DNA from: an uncultured delta proteobacterium
GTDB lineage: Bacteria > Desulfobacterota > Desulfobacteria > Desulfobacterales > UBA2156
NCBI GenBank assembly: GCA_963736855.1
Contig: CAVTQK010000021.1
Span: 753,929-817,928 of the forward strand
Direction of reading: 5' to 3'
DNA length: 64,000 nucleotides
How positions within the stretch are numbered: the first letter of the stretch is position 1; every line of letters begins with the position of its first letter. Below are positions 60,149-64,000 of the stretch, one piece after another. The position numbers were made by a program, and so were the translations under genes. The notes under the pieces are model-generated. The model was not told the origin of the DNA and made no database searches. It saw only the letters and a list, made by a program, of their open reading frames with translations.

Positions 60149-60397
60149 CTACCAAGCCTCCTTGCCAACTGGCTCTCCCCAGTCTAATTCTTCGCTTTGG
60201 TAGTTCTCAGGAATACGTGCCACAAGATCCTTAAGCTTATGCCGTCCGCGTATCCTGTTGGCTGGTGTGACAATCATAATGCCTTCTTTTACGCTGATAT
60301 CCACCTCATCGCCGACACCAAGCTGTGCATCTGCGAGCAGGTTTTTGGCAAGACGAATGCCTTGGCTATTTCCCCATTTTTGTATTTTTGCAAACAT
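60149..60397 (-). CDS. mazE: MazE/AbrB antitoxin
   Basis: KWGNSQGIR..DWGEPVGKE. Confidence 0.92.
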   Translation of the reverse strand: MFAKIQKWGNSQGIRLAKNLLADAQLGVGDEVDISVKEGIMIVTPANRIRGRHKLKDLVARIPENYQSEELDWGEPVGKEAW

Positions 60398-60423
60398 TTG
60401 ATTACCTCCTATTGTATATCCGA

Positions 60424-60452
60424 AGTATAGCCATTGTGAGATAAGCGGTCAA
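60424..60452 (-). promoter_or_regulatory. sigma70 promoter for mazEF
   Basis: TTGACC-17-TATACT. Confidence 0.75.
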
Positions 60453-60464
60453 GGAATATTTTTT

Positions 60465-60581
60465 GGCCAATGAGGAGTTGAGCGGAATCCCCTTTGCCAC
60501 GAGGGCTGCAATTTATTGTAGGTCCGAGTGTCAACGAAGGGCGGAGCCGCCCAATGGGCGGTTTCCGCTCGAACGTTATGT
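60465..60581 (-). other. attC site (long)
   Basis: GGCCAAT..GAGCGGAA / TTCCGCTC..GTTATGT on + strand. Confidence 0.6.
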
Positions 60582-60616
60582 GGCCTTCTCCCTGGACGAG
60601 TACTGTGCACCTAACT

Positions 60617-61996
60617 TTAATCCTTTCTCTCAGCGATCTCCTTCAATCTCCCACTGGAGAATTTTGTTATGTTCATGTAGAACTTCTTTCTAAACCTAGG
60701 GATTTTTGTCAATGCCATCATGATGGGGTTGGCGATCCACAACTTGAGCTCTTTCTGTGGAAAATCATACTTACCATGCTTCTTATAGTATCTATGATCT
60801 GCCTGCCAAATCATGCGGAGCCTTCCCCAAATATCGTCTCTAAATACTTTATGTCCACCGACACCAAGGAAGTTTTGCGGTCTAACGTACCCCTTTTCAG
60901 CAAAACTGACCAGGCGCTCCGCAAAACTCTGTAAAATGGCGTCGAGTTCTTTCGAGCTTTCACACTCATCGGTGACTATGTCTGCGTGATTGGCATCCTG
61001 CCGTGTGGTAGAAGAGGCTTCGAGAATCTGAATGAGATTCTGCCTCTGACTCAAAGGCCCTGAGATTATATATCCCAATTGCTTACCAACCAAAGAGGGG
61101 GTGTGGTTCCAGAAAAAAGCGCGATCATAGAATTCCTTCCATTTCGAGGATAGATATGGACCCCTGACTTCTCCAGCAAACACAATGATATCTGCAGGTA
61201 TAACTCGACTGTTGTAGAAGTCGGTAAACCCATCCTTTTGAACACACGTATAGTCGTATCCACATCGCATACAGCCTAAGCAACCGCCCCTGATGTCGAT
61301 ATCGTTAAGGTCGATTATTTCGATCTCCTCCGTAAAAGGCTGCTTGAATCGGGCAATCATCTTTCCTAAGTTTGAATTGCTGTCACGCACGTCCGTAAGG
61401 ACGACAATCTTCTTGCCCCTCGTGGCGATCTCTTTCTCCGGAGAAGAGGGCTCATAGGCAAAATCGCTAAACGCTAGCGGCTTGAAAAGTCGAGCCGTGG
61501 TGAACCTTTTCTCGATTGCCTCAAAGAAGTTCTCAGCAAAAGTTGTGAGGTCTCGTCTTCTGTTCTTGTCTGTTAGGTCCTGTAAATAGAGAGATAGTCC
61601 ATCAGTATATATCATATTAAGGTCTTCACAAACGGTCCTCATATAGTTATGAGCCGTGTGGTCAAAGAAGTGAATCGAAGTTGTGAGAACAGCTGCATAC
61701 TTGTCCTTGAAAGCGTCTTCCACGCCTCTTTCGTAAATCAGCTCAACGAACCTCATATACTGAGAGGGTGCAGCAAGAACAAAGACACCAAACGCCCACA
61801 AGATACCATCAGACGACCTGACTTCCTCTATGATCTCTCGAAAGGTCTTCTCATCCGTCTCGAGCCTTTTGATACGTTGTGAGACATGAAAGATTTTTAA
61901 CTCATGCTGAGAGAACTTGTTTTGAAGGAAGTGCACATACTGTAGTGTTATGCTCAACTCGCCCTTTGGACTTCCATTCAGAACAGTGACCTTCAT
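60617..61996 (-). CDS. Two-domain flavodoxin-like NAD(P)H/FeS flavoprotein
   Basis: LNGSPKG, CLGCMRC....C; GGAGG RBS. Confidence 0.85.
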   Translation of the reverse strand: MKVTVLNGSPKGELSITLQYVHFLQNKFSQHELKIFHVSQRIKRLETDEKTFREIIEEVRSSDGILWAFGVFVLAAPSQYMRFVELIYERGVEDAFKDKYAAVLTTSIHFFDHTAHNYMRTVCEDLNMIYTDGLSLYLQDLTDKNRRRDLTTFAENFFEAIEKRFTTARLFKPLAFSDFAYEPSSPEKEIATRGKKIVVLTDVRDSNSNLGKMIARFKQPFTEEIEIIDLNDIDIRGGCLGCMRCGYDYTCVQKDGFTDFYNSRVIPADIIVFAGEVRGPYLSSKWKEFYDRAFFWNHTPSLVGKQLGYIISGPLSQRQNLIQILEASSTTRQDANHADIVTDECESSKELDAILQSFAERLVSFAEKGYVRPQNFLGVGGHKVFRDDIWGRLRMIWQADHRYYKKHGKYDFPQKELKLWIANPIMMALTKIPRFRKKFYMNITKFSSGRLKEIAERKD

Positions 61997-62028
61997 ACGA
62001 CCTCCTAGTATGATAATCCTGAAGGCCA

Positions 62029-62589
62029 TTAGCCGAACAGCAAATAGCGCGGCGTGGACTTCATGTATTCTCGGTAGGCATCCCCATATGTTTCAATGCA
62101 ATAGCGCTCCTGTGCCCGAATCGACGGATATGACACGACGGCGAGGAGCAGGCATGCCCCAAATATGATCCATGATAGTGTAGCTATTCCGACACCTATC
62201 CACATGATAATAGCCAGAACCTGTATGGGGTTTCTCGAAAATCGGTACATGCCCTTTCTAACAGGTTGATCTTGGGAAGTTGTGGCAAAGTTGATCATGG
62301 CAATGGCCGTTAGAGGGGCACCGATAAGAAAGATGAAAACCCCGATCCAGTGCCATAGGGTGTTCAGTTCGAGAGGCACAAAGATCGAATAAATCATGAT
62401 CGCTCTGCCAAATAAGGCAGCGCCGAGTAAAACAGGTATCTTTTGCTTGATGGATTCAGACTTTGGAAAACGGAAGAATCTCTTTGAAAACTCTCTACCA
62501 TAAATCGCGACTATTGAGATCGTGATCAACACGTAAGTGGCCGGAAACCACCATGCATATCCCCAGCCTATATTCAGTTCAGGTAACAA
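62029..62589 (-). CDS. Isoprenylcysteine carboxylmethyltransferase/PEMT family membrane protein
   Basis: GMYRFSRNP, YGDAYREY...PRY. Confidence 0.85.
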   Translation of the reverse strand: MLPELNIGWGYAWWFPATYVLITISIVAIYGREFSKRFFRFPKSESIKQKIPVLLGAALFGRAIMIYSIFVPLELNTLWHWIGVFIFLIGAPLTAIAMINFATTSQDQPVRKGMYRFSRNPIQVLAIIMWIGVGIATLSWIIFGACLLLAVVSYPSIRAQERYCIETYGDAYREYMKSTPRYLLFG

Positions 62590-62688
62590 TGTTCCAAGAG
62601 TCTCGCTTTCTCTTCAGTATTCTTGATCTTGTTTTGAGTATCATAATATATGGCGCTTGTGTTTCGTGCTGATACAGCATAAGGAGCC

Positions 62689-62763
62689 ACATAATGGCAG
62701 GGCTAACAGGCTGTCTTTGGAGCGCCAGCGAAATCCCAGTCACGGTTCATGCCATGGTTATCC
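62689..62763 (-). other. attC site
   Basis: ACATAAT ... GTTATCC on + strand; near-identical to 63425-63500. Confidence 0.75.
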
Positions 62764-62777
62764 GTTCCTTGGTGAAA

Positions 62778-63065
62778 TTATGCAGCCTCTATTCGCTTTA
62801 ATCTGCTGATATCAATGGATTGTTCTGCTTTCCATAAATCTAACTGCAGTTGCAATCGAAGCCACCCTTCGGGTGTTCGCCCAAAAACCTTTGACAGCCT
62901 TAAAGCCATCTCAGGACTAATTCCTGCTCGGCCGTTCAAGAGGGTTGAAAGGGTCTTTCGAGCAACACCAAGAGCTTCGGCTGTTTCGGTTACGGTTAAA
63001 TCCAATGGCTCAATGCAAAGCTCTCTTATGATTTCACCAGGATGTGGGGGATTATGCATACGCAT
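62778..63065 (-). CDS. higA: HigA antitoxin
   Basis: [22 protein letters not shown]. Confidence 0.93.
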   Translation of the reverse strand: MRMHNPPHPGEIIRELCIEPLDLTVTETAEALGVARKTLSTLLNGRAGISPEMALRLSKVFGRTPEGWLRLQLQLDLWKAEQSIDISRLKRIEAA

Positions 63066-63076
63066 GGTATACTCCT

Positions 63077-63355
63077 TTAATGGTAATCTTCGTAATTTAC
63101 GTCGAAGGCATCTCCTTCTTCTAGTTTAAAGGTGACACGCCAATTTCCGCTTACTTTTACAGACCATGTTCCTTTACGCCCACCTTTAAGTTCATGCAGA
63201 TTTAAACCGGGCAAATCCATATCATCTAAGGTTTCAGCGGTTTCGAGAAGTGCGAGGATTTGCCGTAGGCGTGTTACATGTTGCGGGTTGATACCTGCAG
63301 AGCTGCCAGATTCAAATAGCTTTTTTAAACCCTTGTGTATGAATTTTTGTATCAT
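63077..63355 (-). CDS. higB: HigB toxin
   Basis: [29 protein letters not shown]. Confidence 0.93.
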   Translation of the reverse strand: MIQKFIHKGLKKLFESGSSAGINPQHVTRLRQILALLETAETLDDMDLPGLNLHELKGGRKGTWSVKVSGNWRVTFKLEEGDAFDVNYEDYH

Positions 63356-63363
63356 TCAAATAT

Positions 63364-63392
63364 ATTGTAACCAGATACGTAACAGGTGTCAA
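63364..63392 (-). promoter_or_regulatory. sigma70 promoter for higBA
   Basis: TTGACA-17-TACAAT. Confidence 0.75.
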
Positions 63393-63424
63393 GGGGTTAT
63401 AAGGGGCCATCGTTTTAATTTTAC

Positions 63425-63500
63425 GGATAATGGCAGGGCTAACAGGCTGTCTTTGGAGCGCCAGCGGAAAAGCCAGTCCTTGTTCAGCCCTTGGTTCGGC
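63425..63500 (-). other. attC site
   Basis: Minus: GCCGAAC CAAGG GCTGAACA ... TGTTAGC CCTGCC ATTATCC. Confidence 0.8.
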
Positions 63501-63810
63501 CAAACCTTTCTCTGAGTTCTTTGAGCCGACCTCGCCAGTATCTTGGCCGTCTTTTGTGGTGCGCTACCGCCACGATCACGACCAACCCGGACTCAACAGC
63601 ATACAACAGGCTGTACGGGAAATGGTTCAGGACTTTCCGCCTTATGCCACTCCCAACGGCCACTGCGGCAAAAGGATTTTCGGTGATGAAGGTCACACCC
63701 TTTCGAACTTCTGCAACGAACCGGAGGCCGACCCCTGGCGCTTCGTTTTCGTAGTACCGAACCGCCTCGCGGAACTCCTCATCAGCTTCGGGAAGGAATT
63801 CTGAGTTCAT
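63484..63810 (-). CDS. RelE/ParE toxin
   Basis: EA..E..EA..YY; FPY.L.Y; AVAH..RRP.YW. Confidence 0.9.
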   Translation of the reverse strand: MNSEFLPEADEEFREAVRYYENEAPGVGLRFVAEVRKGVTFITENPFAAVAVGSGIRRKVLNHFPYSLLYAVESGLVVIVAVAHHKRRPRYWRGRLKELRERFGRTKG

Positions 63811-64000
63811 GAGATGTCAGCGATAGCTCGGTTGAAGACTTCTTCCGCCGGGATGCCTTTCACCTTGCCCTCGCGGTACTCCTGAAGCCGACGCTCAGCC
63901 TCCTGTAGCCAGAGGCGCTCAACCTCAGATTCCGATGGTTCATCCAGGCTAAGCAGAAGCGTCCCCGCCAACTGAGCTCGCTCTTCCAGACTGAGATCCT
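63807..64000 (-). CDS. Addiction module antitoxin (5' end outside window)
   Basis: LSLEERAQLA..LL.SLD..W..EAERR..G.VKGIPAEEVF; ATGA overlap with toxin. Confidence 0.85.
   Translation of the reverse strand, partial: DLSLEERAQLAGTLLLSLDEPSESEVERLWLQEAERRLQEYREGKVKGIPAEEVFNRAIADIS

Noticed and set aside
1-64000. Integron integrase or other tyrosine recombinase
   Set aside because: No ORF with the R-HxxR-Y motifs or the IntI patch; if present it lies outside the window.
1-64000. CRISPR array, tRNA or rRNA
   Set aside because: No regularly spaced identical repeats or recognisable RNA genes; the recurring palindromes are attC sites separated by whole genes.

Overview
The window looks like a sulfate-reducer/syntroph-type deltaproteobacterial (Desulfobacterota-like) chromosome; this is inferred from gene content. 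It has three zones. (1) 1-~12.4 kb is a + strand integron-type cassette array with attC sites, toxin-antitoxin pairs, small unrelated ORFs, two adjacent UxxC selenoprotein genes split by the ORF track, and an IS110 remnant. (2) ~13-46 kb is a core region for anaerobic aromatic catabolism. It holds a minus-strand operon encoding TetR, an NCR-like (class III aryl-CoA reductase-like) old yellow enzyme, two ferredoxins, a VOC protein and a soluble QmoAB/HdrA-MvhD + HdrC-GltD module. It also holds an RND pump, wrbA, a B12 riboswitch with cobT, the benzoyl-CoA lower pathway (oah, had, dch-like, thiolase, 3-hydroxyacyl-CoA dehydrogenase) and a FadL-like porin. (3) ~46-64 kb is a second cassette array on the - strand with about 17 attC-like sites, so the two arrays converge on the core. 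No integrase gene is inside the window. The most notable unannotated structure is a 148-bp IS110/IS1111-type mini-element inserted at the same nucleotide of an attC in both arrays; its hairpin loop is complementary to its own target, making it a candidate bridge/seek RNA. All calls were made by eye, with no database searches.
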